A stretch of 63,652 bases of DNA, counting the filler, from Choristocarpus tenellus KU-1152 (lineage: Eukaryota > Protista > Phaeophyceae): the NCBI GenBank assembly GCA_964200185.2. It is 11 parts of 11 records of this genome, joined end to end, with 100 filler letters (N's around TTAATTAATTAA, not from the genome) between each part and the next. Parts side by side here need not be neighbours in the genome. Positions count along the whole stretch, not along the records: positions 48,753 to 51,586 come from CAXNAD020024333.1; positions 51,687 to 60,681 come from CAXNAD020004104.1; positions 60,782 to 63,652 come from CAXNAD020024045.1; 8 more parts are not named here. The stretch is one strand, 5' to 3'. The position numbers were made by a program, and so were the translations under genes. Each line of letters opens with the position of its first letter. Within the stretch, counting starts at the first letter, position 1. Of this stretch, positions 49,865 through 63,652 are shown in pieces. The notes under the pieces were generated by a model. The model saw only the letters and a list, made by a program, of their open reading frames with translations. It ran no database searches and was not told the origin of the DNA.

Positions 49865-51586
49865 ATGAGTACCAGATTGCAATTGACCCTTTACAACTCC
49901 GTTGGAGAGGTGGTTAAGACTGATGATGAAGAAGACAGAGGGGCGGTTAGCAGAACCGCACAACAGGGGGCACCAACGGACCGAAGATCAAAACGACTGA
50001 TTCCGTTGCCATCGACGTTCAAGGTCTACAGTGGTGATGATGATGGTGATGGATTTGCCATGTTTAAGTGGAAATTTCTTTCGTGTGCTGCCATGGGGAG
50101 CTGGAAGGACACGCTGTTATCTGATGATACATCAGAGTCAGCAGTGATTACTTTGACGCGTCAAGATGGTCAGAACGAGAAATAGACAAGGCAAGTATGG
50201 CGATGGTTGCTCTGGGGATGACTTTGGACGGGTTTGCTGAAAAGGCGGCATGCAACCATGATAGTCCTTCGGAAGCCTATCAAGCCTTACGGAACCATTT
50301 TAGGAGAAGTGATATCACAGAAAGGGCTACGATGAGATCAAAACTTAATTCTCTACATTTACCTGCTGGTGAAGATCCGGCTACAGTCATCTTGGAACTG
50401 CATAGTTAAGAAAATGCAATCCTTGGATGATGAACCCAGCGAAGAAGAACAACTAAGTGCGATGCACAATTGTTTGACTGACGAGTACTTCATTGAGATT
50501 CGCCAGGTCACAGGTTGCGGTCGGGCAGCAAGGATGGATCTCCAAAAACGAGTTTGCAAAACGTATAAACTTCGCAAACGACAACGTGAACGAAGGATGG
50601 GTAATAATGGAGGTGCATTGATGGTTGGAGGTCCCCGATCCAAGAACGGAAATGCAGGTTTTGAGAAGGATCGGCAGCCAAAATGTGCGGAGTGCTGGCA
50701 GTGTGGAGGACCACACTATCAATCTTCTTGTCCCACCGTTGTTTCATCCCGATCTTATACAGGTTCTTGTTATATCTGTGGAGAACAAGGACACAAGGCT
50801 TACAGTTGTCCCAAACGCTATGGTGGTCTGGGAGAATCGGGTCAACAATCTTCTGGACAAGCTCCCCGAAGGAAGAAGAATGGTAAAGGAAAGGAGAGTG
50901 GCAATGCAAGCAACACTGATGAAACTGGTGATGGTGTACAGACAGGAAGTGGTCCACCAGTTCAGCTTGGAGGATTCTCATCGATGAGCAATGATGGGAG
51001 TATAGTGGAAAGGGATGAACTTTGGTTCTTTGACAGTGGGTGTTCGGTTCATATGACAAATAATCCTACTGCTCTGATAGATCCAAAACCTGTGGTAGGG
51101 TCATCGGTGACTGTTGAGGATGGAAAGGTTCTGCAAGTTTCAGCCATAGGTAATTTGTCACTATCTTGTGTACAGAATGGGGAAGTTTCAAACTTCATCT
51201 TACACAATGTGTCATTTGTTTCTGGGTTAAAATTTAATCTCTTCTCAAAGATACAAGCGGGGGAACAATCTGGGGGAGAATTATAATGGCAAGGGGAAAA
51301 TTCTCTGCGATTAACCCCTTCTTCTGGAGGACCTGGATTGGAATTTGTGAAGACATATGGGAAGAATTATGGATTGTTTACATTGAAAGCTAATCGAAGA
51401 AGCTTCTTGACAATTCCTGACCTGCCCTCAAGACAACCACCTGAAGTACCTGGCATGACAGAGAGGATTGTGTCAGGACTAGTTCTAGCCGAGAGGAAGG
51501 CGGGAACAGACACACTCGCCCTGACAAGGGCTGGAGGAGATACCGTCACAGGTGGACAATCTGAGGAGACTGCAATGTCAGAGGAG
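49865..51586 (+). mobile_element. Decayed Ty1/copia LTR retrotransposon gag-protease region
   Basis: Gag-like ORF pieces (49865-50185, 50197-50409, 50369-51286), two zinc knuckles (CWQCGGPHYQSSC, CYICGEQGHKAYSC), copia protease motif WFFDSGCSVHMT...LHNVSFVSGLKFNLFS. In-frame stops at 50183 and 51284, frameshift near 50400, truncated by the gap. Confidence 0.9.
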
Positions 51587-52765
51587 NNNNNNNNNNNNNN
51601 NNNNNNNNNNNNNNNNNNNNNNNNNNNNNNTTAATTAATTAANNNNNNNNNNNNNNNNNNNNNNNNNNNNNNNNNNNNNNNNNNNNTCTTTTTTTTTTTT
51701 TTTTTTTTGTTTTGTTTTGGTGTTGGCGGGGTGGGGGGTGGGGGGGGGGGGGGGGGGGGGGGGGGGGGGCTAATCCAGTAACAGTGAATGTGATGAGCTT
51801 AGTTCGGTGTTAGTATTTCACAAATGTAGCTCGGTGTTATCAATGTGTCTATCTTTTGAGCTCTATGTGCCAGACTGCATCGTGGCACGTGGAGTGTTGT
51901 AGGGTGTGAGCTGGGCACCCTGTGGAAATTTCCATTGGTAGAGGCCCTCACCAACCAAAGGGCTTTACTTACCTAGCTGGGCACAGTTGTGTGCATTAAT
52001 CCAAAGGATTGATCGAGCAGTATCGAGCCAACCTTGTCTTGAGTTCTACACATGGCTGATCCATTGATGTTCTGTTTGTAGTGTTTTGTGGTGGAGTATG
52101 TTGCAGCAGTGTGTGCCTAGGTAATGTGTGTGTTTGTGTGTGCAGTGGTGGGTGGTAACTTGACATGTTCAGGCAGAATGAGGAGAGAGTTAGACAAAGC
52201 CAGGCATGATGAGGTGGGTGTACATGTATCAGTGTATTCACATTCTCTCTGCCAATGAGAGCATCTGTCAGAATCGCTATCTGACTGCCTTTTTTTGTGT
52301 GAAGTTTAGTATTTTTGGAGGGGAGATCGGCACAACAGATGGCAGAATGAGGACACTTAAGGCAGCTAGGGCTGGGGTGGGCTACTACACCTTTGTGAGT
52401 AGGTGGCTCCTCTGCCAATGAGAGCATATGTCAGAATCGCTATCCGACTGCCCGTTTATTTATTTTTTTTATTCTTGTGGAGTTTTGTGATCCGGCGCTG
52501 ATTAGAACTGGATGCATTCAATTGGTTTTGCAATGTACTCTTTGTTATTCCGCCCGCTAAACCTAACCCTAAGTTCCTGCTCATATCGCACTGTGGTGAT
52601 GCACGTGGATACATGTGTACGGTATTGGCCAATAAACGTTTGCGCCACGGTGGGATCCCTCACCAGGCAAATGGGAGGGCCAACAAGGGTAGATTCTCGC
52701 GGGTCTAATCCTGGATTTTTTGCCTCCCCCCCACCTCCCCCCTCTCTTACAATTCCACTCTTCAG

Positions 52766-55700
52766 ACGTTAGAGATGCCTTCGGATGTCCTTGCCGTTTC
52801 GTTTAGACCAGATGGGCAACAACTGTGTTGTGCCTGTCTCAATGGTACACTTCAGTTGTGGGGGACTGAGGGGGGTGATCTCCATGGTATCATTGAAGGC
52901 AGGAGAGACATTGCTGGTGAGAAGGCTGGGCTCAGAGGGCGGGGTGGAGGGGTGATGGGTGATGAAAAGAGTTTCAACCTCGTTGAGCCTTGTTCGTGCA
53001 TGGAATTGAATACACGTTGTTGATAGTACTCCAGTGTAGAGAAGGAAATACTATTTGGATTAAGGAGTTGGTGGGGAGGGGGCGACAACTTCTGCCACTT
53101 GATGTATGTAAGTTTGAGCGTTAGGTTTTGCTCTTTTGACCTTTTTGATCTTAGATTATTATGTTTGGGCTATTTTTAGCAATTTTGGAGGGGGGCCCTT
53201 CACAACACTTTTTTTTTTTACAAGGGGAGATACACTGAAAGGCGTAACCTTTTTTTTTGTTGCAGTTTAGAGACATCAATGGCCATTCCTGTCATAGATC
53301 TGAGCTATGCATGTTGGGGGCTAACTCTAACTCGTTCATTTGTAGATCCCAATCATTTGTACCCATTCGTATTTCTGAGAGTGATGTAGGACAACTCTTT
53401 CAAGGACCTGGTGGGATGTTGACAGATTTTGGGGGAGGGATTCGACTCAAAGCATTCATACCTGGGAACCATTTGTACATTTTTGGCTTGTATAGTGAGA
53501 AGACGGCCGAATGTTTGCCCATGTGTTTGTACGGGGATTGGTAGCAGATCGTGATACGACAGGACCAACACTGGTAGGGTCACACCTTATCGATTTGACA
53601 AGCGAAGACCGAACCCGCACAGGTATTTAACTATTTAACCTGGGGGCATGACGCACTAGATACATCGTTTCATCCATACGCTGTACTAGCGCCCCCGCAG
53701 CGTGTCCGTTTTGAAAAAAGGGTTAGGGTTGATGTTTATTTGTATTGTCGTAGATTTTGAATCCAAGCACATTGCGAAATCACAGCGATAGTAAGTAAGA
53801 TATCTTACTGCTGTTGCTTCCTGTCGCATCAGAAGGTAAGGAGAGTATGAAGTCCCGACTCACTCTGGTACTTATCCTGGACCGATTCTCTTGCCTGATA
53901 GGTGGTCGGCGGGCGCATGACCTCGTGACTGCAGCGAATTCCTCTCACGGGAAGTACTTCACAAGTGTGGACTACACTGCTGATGGTACTTGCGTTGTAG
54001 CAGCGGGCCACAGCAAGTTTGTGTGTATCTATGAGACCTCTGAGAGGATGCTGGTGAAAAAGTTTCAGGCAAGTCTTCCATCTTCTCACCATGAAGTGGA
54101 CCATATATATATATATATATACATATATAATAGACCAAACACCGCTTGTGTACATTCCAGTTAATTGTTTTTTTGCACAGATGTTTCGAGTTAAGAATTT
54201 TATTCTTACTAATAGCAATCAGGTCGGAGGTGTTGTCCGGTGTAACTAGGTAGGTTACTGCGTGGAAGTCTGTGTTCGATGAATTTAGCTCCGTATCATA
54301 GAAGAGGCAAATATGGCGGTATCAAGGTGTGTGTTGAGGTGGATGTTGATGTGGGTGTGGCAAGACTTGCTCGACTTTTCTCGAACTCCAAAGTCTTCAA
54401 GGTGATGACCTGGTTTGGAAGAGTTATTGGGCAGACCCCCAGGTTTGGTTTGTCAAGTGCAAGGAACGGGTGATGACATTCACTGTGGACAGTGTGGCCA
54501 TCCAAAGGGAGGTGTTGCTGATGGGTCAATGAGAAAGGTTTCGACTCCAGCTTGCTTCTGATTCGGAAGATGAGGGATGGGTCATTAGAGGAGAGCAGGG
54601 ACAAGGAGTCTGATGTCGGGGGTAACCGGGTCAGGTATTGGGGAGATATGTGATGAGGAGGAAGTTGATGCAGGTGAGTTTGGTCTCATCAGAGGGAGCA
54701 CAAGGAAAGACGACTAATGAAGTACCAGCGTGTACGAGTGGTCGATACTAACTACCAGACTGCCAAGAAGTGGGGTTCAGTGTTGTTGGAGTGAAGGGCG
54801 CAATTTCAATATATGGAATACTTGAGGTTGAGTTTCTCTGAGGACTAGCTGGATGAGATAGTAATGGAAACAAGTGTTGGAGTGAACTCTGCTCTTGTGA
54901 GTGCTGGTACAAGAATACAACACCAAGTGACTGTTGCATGTATAGTTTCATGTAGTTGTTAGGACAGTGGTGCTACACCAAAATGGTTTATGGTTAGATG
55001 AGCCAGAGAGTGATGGGGGTTTCATCTGACTTATCACCATTGGTGGAAGGTACCCCATAATTATGTGAAGGGTACCTCATATCCAAATTTATGATTCAGT
55101 GTGATTCAGATCTTTCCCAATTGTTCAAGCTCAGCAACAAGCCCTCATTCTTCGCCATCTCTAGCTGGAGGGGGGGGTACAGCAGGATTGGAGGTTTGGG
55201 TTGACTGACATCTGCACTCAATCCTGGATGGCCTTGAAGTTCTACGCCCCAAAGCTTCCAGAGCTAGCTGCCAATAACTGTGTCAGCTGATTTGCAACCA
55301 CGGGGGGGGGGCAGGGGGGATCTGGACACATATTTCGAGGTAGCTGGCCAGCTTCTGTGAGATCAGACTGCTTCTTCAAGCTGGAGATTTTCAACGGTTT
55401 GGACCATCTCAAGGGTGAAGCGAGCATTTGATGTTCTCATGCCAAGCACAGATGGACTTACACAAGATGTTCTTGAGAGACGATTGCGTCGCCTTCTACG
55501 GCCTGCCTGGGCATAGTTGTTGTGGCACGTTCTGTTGGTTTGAGTAGGAGGTGGCTTGTCCTTAACAGAAAGAGTTCACACTTCTTGATTGCTACAACCG
55601 TAGCTCTACCCACCAATTACATTTTACCTATTTTTTGGAGTATACTTGTATACTCGTACCCTAGATTTGATGGGTCGTTAAATGTCAGAGGAGATGGTAC

Positions 55701-58700
55701 ACAAAGTCATCTGGTGCTTGGCTGCTTCAGCCAGGAATATAAAAAAATTCTAGCACTACTCCAGTGGCACAGAAAGGACGGTTTAGGGTTAGGGAGGTGA
55801 TTTAAGAGACTTGCCGGATTCCAATATGTGGCCATTGAGAATGAGGCTGAGAAACGGTAAGAGTTGGGGCAGGCTCTATCCATCCCCCAGCGCAGTCATC
55901 ATCATTCGAAACACATGTAGAGCAAAAGGTGGAAATGTGGTTGGTGTGGTTCGAGATCGCACAAGACCCTGTGCTGCACATTCAGTGGGGAATGTCTTGT
56001 TTGTAGAGGTAAGGGCATAGTGAATGTTGACGTGACATAGTGGAGGGGTGGCTGTATCTATCGCCTGCCCAGGCAGTGACCAAGCCTGGAGCTGGGCAAC
56101 ACCAGCTTCGCAAGAACACGGGTGGAGGACTCCAGATCAATCCAAACAAAGGGGGGGAATCAACAGGTTATACAGGCATTGTCTCACGGTGGCCAAGAAG
56201 AATTAAGATGGGAGTGCTTGGAAGTTGGAAATATTGTTTGTGATTCAGGAGCTACATAGACAATGCCTGATTATGCCACCTCTGTATATAATTTTACCTC
56301 CAACCACCATAGCAGAAGTATAATTCTGGTATTGGTACTCCAACAGTGATTCAGGATACGGAATGCTCAACTTAAAGATCAAGCTTGGAACAGGCGGGAG
56401 TAGGTAGTCTATGATAGTAGACTTTCACTGAGAGTATTGCATATTCAGCAGCAGAAACAGTCCTATCCCTATCCGTTAACAATATTTCGGAGTCAATTTT
56501 GACCATCTTGAGTGGAGCAATCTAGGAGTAGTGCTAGTGGGGTGTAAAGTAGGAGGGACAGCTTGAATTCTCTGAGTGTAGAACGGCCTGTTTTTAATGA
56601 GCAATTTGGTCTCATGGGATAGAACCTGTTGTGGTCTGTTGTGTACTCTACAAGAGGAAGTGATTGGCAGAGCTCTGTGCAGTGTGATAGTTGAAGGTTG
56701 TCTTAAGGCATCTGTTTGAGTTCCTTGTAGAGAGAGAGGCTTGGGCATTGATTTTTTTGTATTTTACGGCTGCTTAGCAAACCAAAAAGGATGCTTATTT
56801 CTTCAAGGGTGTTTCCTCCTGAATGGCAAGGAGTTGTCTCGGCCAGAACTGGAAGAAGATCGCACCTTGAGGTTTGGTTCCAGGCTGTTTTGAGAATGGG
56901 ATTTGAATTTATCGTCAATACATCGTAATAGAGTATAGACCGTGTAGTGAAATATGGTTTGCACTAAACCAATATTCATTCTAGTGGATGGAAGATGCCC
57001 TTCAAGCTGTATTGAGTGTCTGTGAAAAGGACATGGATGTCTGGGGCCTCCCTCCCGCATTGGTCCCTTTTCTTGCACGATATACCCTTACTTACAAACA
57101 CACAAATATTGGTTCATATCAAATGTAAGTAGACGATGTTTTATGTGTATCTGTACTGCACCATTGCTACTGACCTGTCCCCTTGTTGTGGTAGTGCTAA
57201 TCACGCTCATCACCCATCTGGGGTGCCGTATCTGAATATGGTCGCGACTCTCAGTATCGTGCATCTAGTTGCCGTCATGCACCTGGTGCGCTTGGGATTG
57301 GGTTTTTTTTCCACGTCGTGGGATGGTGACAACTTGAACCCGTCTAGTTTTTGTTGATGAGTTTGGATTGGCGTGAGTGATAGTCGTGTTGTATGGTTGC
57401 TTTAACCTGCTGCCTTGCTTTGGGGAGGTGCTCTTAGTGTTTGCTTTGTGAGGGCTGGTAAGGCTGTGAGAGGGACACATGTAACTAGTGGAGGGATAGT
57501 ATCAGGAGTCTGCAGAATGAAAACCTCCTTGATTTGTCTTGTTCTGGCTTTCTGGTCAGATTAACACTTTCGTCTCTATGGATAGTAGTTACTGCCTCTC
57601 CGTCCCTTACATCCGCTAGCACTGGCCATGTGCTGCAAAGAGTGCCAGAGAGCGAGCAACAAAGCCTCAATCATCAGTTGCAAGATACTCACAGCAAGCA
57701 ATCCCATAGACTGAAAGGAAGAAAAAGAGTCACCCTCTCTTGCCTCCAAGTCCTGTAGTGGGAAGGGGAGGAGGGGGAGGGGGAGGGGTTAGCTGGAGAT
57801 CACGAGGAAAATATCACATTCAAGCCATGTGTTCTCGCCATTGAGTCTAGTTCAATCTGATTTAGATATAGGAGAGAGTCCGTCTCAGTGTGTGATTCAC
57901 CAGGTATGGGGCAACTGTATACTGCACACTTGGAATCCCCTCTTGTACTTTTGTAACCCCAAATGCCACACCTGTTGTGTGCGCTGAAGGTGTTGCTGAC
58001 CTTTGTGCCTTAGGATGTGGTGTGTGTGTGTGTGTAATGGTGTATCAGCCTGACAAATTAGTTGGACCAAAGCCCACAATAGAAATGTGTTCTGACCATA
58101 TGGATCCTGTAGAAAACCTCCATTTTACCACGTGAGTAATTCCGAGTCTTGGCCTGGGACGTGAGAAGCCCAATATGTTAGGCTGTCCTGTTAAAGAGAG
58201 CTTTGGAAGATGGGGGCCTTTTTGTGCTCTTGGCAACTATACTGATCTGGAGCTGGGGGATGTAGATCAACTGGATCAAGTATACCCAAATCATTTCAGG
58301 GTAGCCCGGTGTTGCTTTCTTGGTACCTGCAAGACCTACCCGGTCGACCAGGTGTGCCAAAGAATCAACTTCATGTTTTACAAGAGGGGATGAGAACAGG
58401 ACTGATGTGGTCATAGTTTGGAGCTATAGTGATTTGGTACTGGCAGTGCTGGTTGATTAGATTGTGTATGTCCGCATCCTTCATAAAATGCTTGGTGTTG
58501 TTTTTGTGGTACCTGCGAGGCCTAAACCAGGTCTCAAAAGAGCAATCTCGTGCTTTGACAAGAGAGGACATGGGTGTGGCCAATACGATCACAAATCATT
58601 ACCCTGCACTCGACGATCTACAACATTTGAAGCCTCACTTGGCCACTCAGGGAACCAACAAGGCAAATCTCTTGTGTTGCCGAGAAGGGATGACCAAGGT

Positions 58701-60568
58701 GGTATGCCCGTGGTTCCAGCCAGGACCAGGAGGACTTCAGACAAGAAAAAACAACTATGTTTGGTCTCCTAGGTTTCTATGAAAAAGCCTTTTGATTTGT
58801 AGAAGAGTGTGTGCATTGGACGGGGTTTAGTTGGAGCCGTTGCCATTCCTCCTCTGTTTTCTTGTAGAGAGACCTGCTCGCTTCAGGTCATAGTATAAGC
58901 ATAGAGCAGCAGGTAGTAAATTGGAACAAAATTGAAGTCTCTGAGGTGCTGCACACATTGGTTGCCGCAACACACATCCATACATAACTTAAGAGTATAT
59001 TGCCCCCCCAGCTTTGTAAGTGGTGTTGTGGAGTTAACTGCTTGTGCACCACAAAATGATTTAAATAAAATGCCTGCGGTTTATATCCCAGTTGTTTTAT
59101 GTTTTTGATAGCGTTTGTCGATGGATGATAGCTCTCTATTGAGTAATTTTTCCCCTGGTATTTTGAATTGCGTGCTTGGAAGTACTTGAGGGGGCATTCG
59201 CTTGGTGTAATCACACCGTAAGATAGCTTTCAGAGAGGAATGCCATTGGTGGGAAACATCTTGCTCCAGGCTGGACATGTACTCTGGAGCAAATGTCTTG
59301 AAACCTGTTCGCTCTGCTCTAAGAAAGAGCAGGTTGTCGGTGCCACTGGTGAAATCTTCAGCAATCAATTGTTGTGTAGAAGAGTCCACTAATAGTATGT
59401 ATGCACAACTTGCTTCTCCTTGGAGTGGAGCTAGGAACTTTTCAAAACCTATGCACGGCTACCCTACTCTGTAAGGTGCTTGTCCCAAGCCACATGTGCC
59501 AATACGTTGTGTTGTATATATACACTAGCATTGTGCTACTTACATGTATAGGAAGTTTGCTCTCACAGCAGTGTCCAGGTCGTACGCCCCTGAATTAGTC
59601 CACCGGGATAGTGGCACCTCCAGACCAAGTGTGAGCACAATGGTCTATTGGTAAAATTGGCTGAAAATGAAATGTATCTGTGATATGCCACAAGTAAGAT
59701 ATTCCTCTCGATAATCATACTTTTTTTGGTTATACTACACTAACACCATACTGCATCAATTATTTTGAGTTTTGTTTTTTGTTTCACTTGCAGTTTATGA
59801 TATACTCGGTGAAGTCCTTTGCATGTGGTGTGGAGGTTTTGTGTGGTACTTAACGACCTGTATGGTTGGAAGTACATTTAGGTGCAGTAGACCTGATCAA
59901 CACCATGTGCCATTGGTGGACACCCAATACAGGTATCCCACAATAGGTCCCTTGATGGTGTTCTGGATCAGCTCAACAGCTCCCGCATGACAGAGGCAGG
60001 CTCACTTGACCTCCTTGATGGTTCGGACAGTGAAGGGGAGAGGATTGCTCGAGAAGATGTGAAGGCGTTGCCAGGTAGGGGAGGGTTAGTGGACGTGTGA
60101 GAACGGACTACAAGGCTGCACTAAATCTCCAACGCCATCATCTCCCTATCAGATTTTTTTGAATTGTGTTTTTTTTTTTAGTAATTGTGAAAAGATGTGT
60201 TGCGAAATTCGTGGAATGAGGAATGCATGCATACAGGGTTAAAATGATCTGAGAATATATTTTGGGAGAGATTGGTGATACTACTATTACTCGTAGTAGA
60301 AGTTACAGTTACAAAAAATACATAATACATAATTTTCTTTCTTTCTTTTTGGGACGTGAACGCCTGTTGCGAAACAGGCGCGTCCCGAGGTAAAGATGGC
60401 TCACGGCGTGTCCGGGAAGAGGTTAGGTCGAGCTGTGTACGCTTTAGTCCAACTGGTCGGGAGTGGGCTGCGGCAACAACTGATGGTCTGTTGCTGTATT
60501 CCCTTGATGATGCGGCGGTGTTCGACCCCTCAGATTTGGATGAAAGTGTCACGCCTGAGTCTACCGAG
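52766..60568 (+). CDS. PWP2: Periodic tryptophan protein 2 (PWP2/UTP1, WD40 SSU-processome subunit), internal exons
   Basis: Phase-consistent exons 52766-52916 (SDVLAVSFRPDGQQLCCACLNG...IEGRRDIA), 53902-54068 (GGRR...FTSVDYTADGTCVVAAGHSKFVCIY...LVKKFQ), 59933-60074 (VSHNRSLDGVLDQLNSSRMTEAG) and 60378-60568 (VRFSPTGREWAAATTDGLLLYSLD...FDPSDLDESVTP). All are hallmark PWP2 C-terminal motifs. Confidence 0.93.
54250..59700 (-). mobile_element. Degenerate TE-like sequence filling the 5.9-kb PWP2 intron
   Basis: Coding-like but stop-riddled sequence with no PWP2 motifs. Family not identifiable by eye and boundaries are approximate. Confidence 0.25.
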
Positions 60569-61433
60569 GTGCGCTGAATAGGGGGGGCGGGGGGGGGGGG
60601 GGGGGGGGGGGGGGGCTTTTGTGGGGTTGTTTTTTTAGGGGGGGTCAAACCAAAAGATTGGGGGGTTGGTGGTTTGTTTGGNNNNNNNNNNNNNNNNNNN
60701 NNNNNNNNNNNNNNNNNNNNNNNNNTTAATTAATTAANNNNNNNNNNNNNNNNNNNNNNNNNNNNNNNNNNNNNNNNNNNNTGGCCCCCAAATGGACACA
60801 GCTCTACCCTCTAAGATACTTTGGCTCCAGTGCCTAGAAGTTGAGAGATCGGTGTGGGGATTGACCTCGGTTGGGAATACTCGACCTGATGACATCTTAT
60901 TAAGCAACGGATACATTTATGAGGTAGGTGGGAACTGTGTGGGGTGCCCCACAATCTGAGATTAACATATTTCCACGCCGTTCACGAGATTCAAGTAAAC
61001 CCGCTCAGAGATATCGTAATTGGGGTTCTGAGGACTTTGCAATGGGCTGGATCATGGGGAATGAAGCCTCAGAAAGAACGTGGGGAAGGAGCCAAATGCA
61101 TGAAAAGAGGAGAAGGCTAGTCCTGAGTCAAGCTGCACAATGTACTTGGGTAAAGAAGTTGAAGCTGAAGATGATCAAGGAGGATGAAGAGAGGGAGCAG
61201 GCGGAGGAGAATATCACTACTACTCCTGGGACAGAGGATGACATTCTTAAGGGTTAAGAGATGGAAGAGGATGTGGACGAAGAGTTGGATGGAGAGATGG
61301 CAGCCCGTGTAGAGAATAAAAGAGGTGATGAGCCTGCATGATGACGACCAAACATTTCAATGCTTTGATTCTTCGGTGACCTAAGCATCAATAAGCAGGC
61401 CCTGGAAGGTCAGTCCCACACAGTAACATGCAG

Positions 61434-61464
<31 letters not shown>

Positions 61465-63652
61465 TGTGTCTGCCACTAGTAGAACGCACCAAATAAATGT
61501 CAATATCCATACAACAAGCGTCTTAATACATGCTCTCCGCTAATATAACTCCCTCGTGTAAAACCGTAACATGTACCTATTTTTTCCTAGCAACAATACA
61601 TAATTTCCACCCCATTCCAACAGTATCAAAATGCCTGCAATAGGTTTTATATCATAGGTTACTTACGAAAAATATTTTATTTTCCAATTATATCACCACA
61701 TGGTCCTTCTTCTCAGCTTTCACCTCGTATATGTTTTACCCGATTTGAGCAAGCATTAAATGGCCAATGACTACCTATCAGTTCCTTCTCTGATATTACG
61801 TCACATATCATCGACATTGATTGGCAGGAGCAACCTTCTAGCTTCACAATGGTATTTGACTGTATTATTAGATGATAGACAAGTTCGGTTACAGTTGAAA
61901 TTTCATGTGCTGAAGGAAGAACAACTAACTAAGAACATCGAAACATCGAAACGACAACAAACTCGTCATTGCCGTTCTGACATTATGTACCTATCCTTTT
62001 TGAAAATTATACTGCACCTGTACTATGTAGCGAATATCACCAAAAATGGAACTAGTAATGGATGTCACATGTGATTCAGGTGAGGGCAGGTTGGAGTAAC
62101 GGTTCGTTCAAAACTCACCCTAAAGTTCAATCTACCGCATCATGCCGATCACAGAGTTTCAACTAACCTCTCTCCATACACAATGCTTCCATAAAAGCGA
62201 TAGGGTCAACCTACCTATTTATCACGGTTCATTGACTCAGTCAGACATATCACCTCAGATTTGAAGTTCCAGTAATCTTTTCCCACATCTGATGATATGA
62301 TTCGGTGTTCGGATTAGAATTCTATCGTAGATAATGGTGTCTTGTCTGTATTGAGTGGGTCAGGATTCAATCCCACCACAAACCTCCTTAAAGAGTGGTG
62401 GTTGAGGATGGCGAATGGAGAGAATAACAGGGAAAATAGCCTCCAGAATCGTCATTCCACTTTCGTGCCTATTAATATTAATAGTCGGTCTGTGACACAT
62501 ACGATCATACACCTTTAGTACTGTTGTAGGTTAACCTGTAGTACTTGATTGAACGACATAGCACGTATTTTGCGTTATCGATCACATACACTGCCTCCCG
62601 CCTAATCCAAGTAGAAGCTTAAAATCTTAAAATAGATGATATAATAGCTTCCAATGACAATGAAACGGTCTTTGCTGAAAAGAATAAAAATAAGTAGAGA
62701 CTCAAATGAAGTTTAAACCAAACTATAAATGCCCCCTTGAAGGCGCAAACAAGTTTACAGGTGGTGAATATGCCGCACTCCGCGCTCATGTGACACTGAT
62801 ATAATATATTATGCCTAGACGAACAATGAACCATCTAGTTGCTCTCATCCTTGTCCGCCTGATGTCTTGGGTGGCAAAGATGCCCAGCTCCTGTACTGGT
62901 ATCAATAGCAACGAGAATGTGTTTGAGACTAATAGTACGCCTCTTTATTCTTGGTTGGTCTGTCTTGGGGATTCCACAATTGTGCGGTTCTCATCTCATA
63001 CACTTCTAATCATGCAACACCCAACCTCAACCTCACCTAATGGGATGGTAAGGTAAGAGAATGGCGGGCATAATATGCCCCCTCCCATACAAGACGAATG
63101 ATGGAGACCACCCAGGGTATGAAGATATATAGATATATGTATGTATCACTTGTGTAGTAGGTGCTTTACAATGTATCATACAGTCGTGCCACACAGCTGC
63201 CACACAGCTATTTTTGTGCACCAAAAGAAAAATGTGGTAGGAGGATTGAGATCCGGTCCATGTGTATGCCCACAAGGAAAGTGAAGTGTGTTTTTGTAGT
63301 ATATGATATAAGAGCAAAACGTTGGTGTTAATAGTCATGAGATTGGAAGGGTGTAAACTATATAATGCTATGTTTAGGGTGGGAAAGAGATGAAACGAAC
63401 ATATGTTCGACGATAATCCATGAAGTATGTACTGCAGCACGCTCCAGCAATGATGGAGGTAAGACATTTTCCTACCTTGCTGCGAGCAACGTGTCAGGGG
63501 CACGGTAGAAGATATCCTAATCAGTCAGCTAATATGCACATATTTTCCTCCCCATGGTCAGTAGTAAAAATAACTACGTAGAATCAAGTGGATACAATTG
63601 GCCCTAAGTATCTGGGGGGGGGGGGATGGCGGCTGTCCATTTGGGGCCCACT

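Noticed and set aside
2827-60781. Recurrent palindromic TTAATTAATTAA within N runs, and apparent gene neighbourhoods across them
   Set aside because: Synthetic contig linker. The incomplete SBP2-like (+) and DENN (-) genes run head-on into the same gap at 25172-25271, so neighbouring contigs are probably not truly adjacent and no gene cluster can be inferred.
61700-63100. Possible copia RT-like peptides
   Set aside because: Only faint resemblances, in conflicting orientations. Cannot be supported without a profile search.

Overview
Eukaryotic, intron-rich, repeat-rich genomic DNA. A stramenopile or brown-alga-like origin is my inference from gene style and scattered TTAGGG repeats, not something I can prove. 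The window is 11 contigs joined by an artificial 100-nt spacer (44 N + TTAATTAATTAA + 44 N), so adjacency across gaps means nothing. I reconstructed six partial host genes by hand from splice sites and reading phase: (1) a minus-strand gene with a PUB domain, coiled coil, beta-rich module and EF-hand-like motifs (8326-15911); (2) a 2.7-kb exon of a SECIS-binding protein 2 (SBP2)-like gene with three U2AF65-RRM3/UHM-like domains between its two Sec-incorporation-domain motifs (21687-24353), which is the most unusual item; (3) three exons of a DENN-domain gene; (4) one exon of an AppA/Agp-like histidine acid phosphatase; (5) a class IV PLP aminotransferase-like gene; (6) four exons of PWP2, including a GC-AG intron. 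Mobile DNA comprises two related MITE families with 4-bp TSDs (one copy nested in the TIR of another), a 1.8-kb TIR element with a decayed transposase-like ORF, a decayed Ty1/copia gag-protease, and very degenerate retroelement-like remnants. There are also several minisatellites. I found no rRNA, tRNA or CRISPR array.
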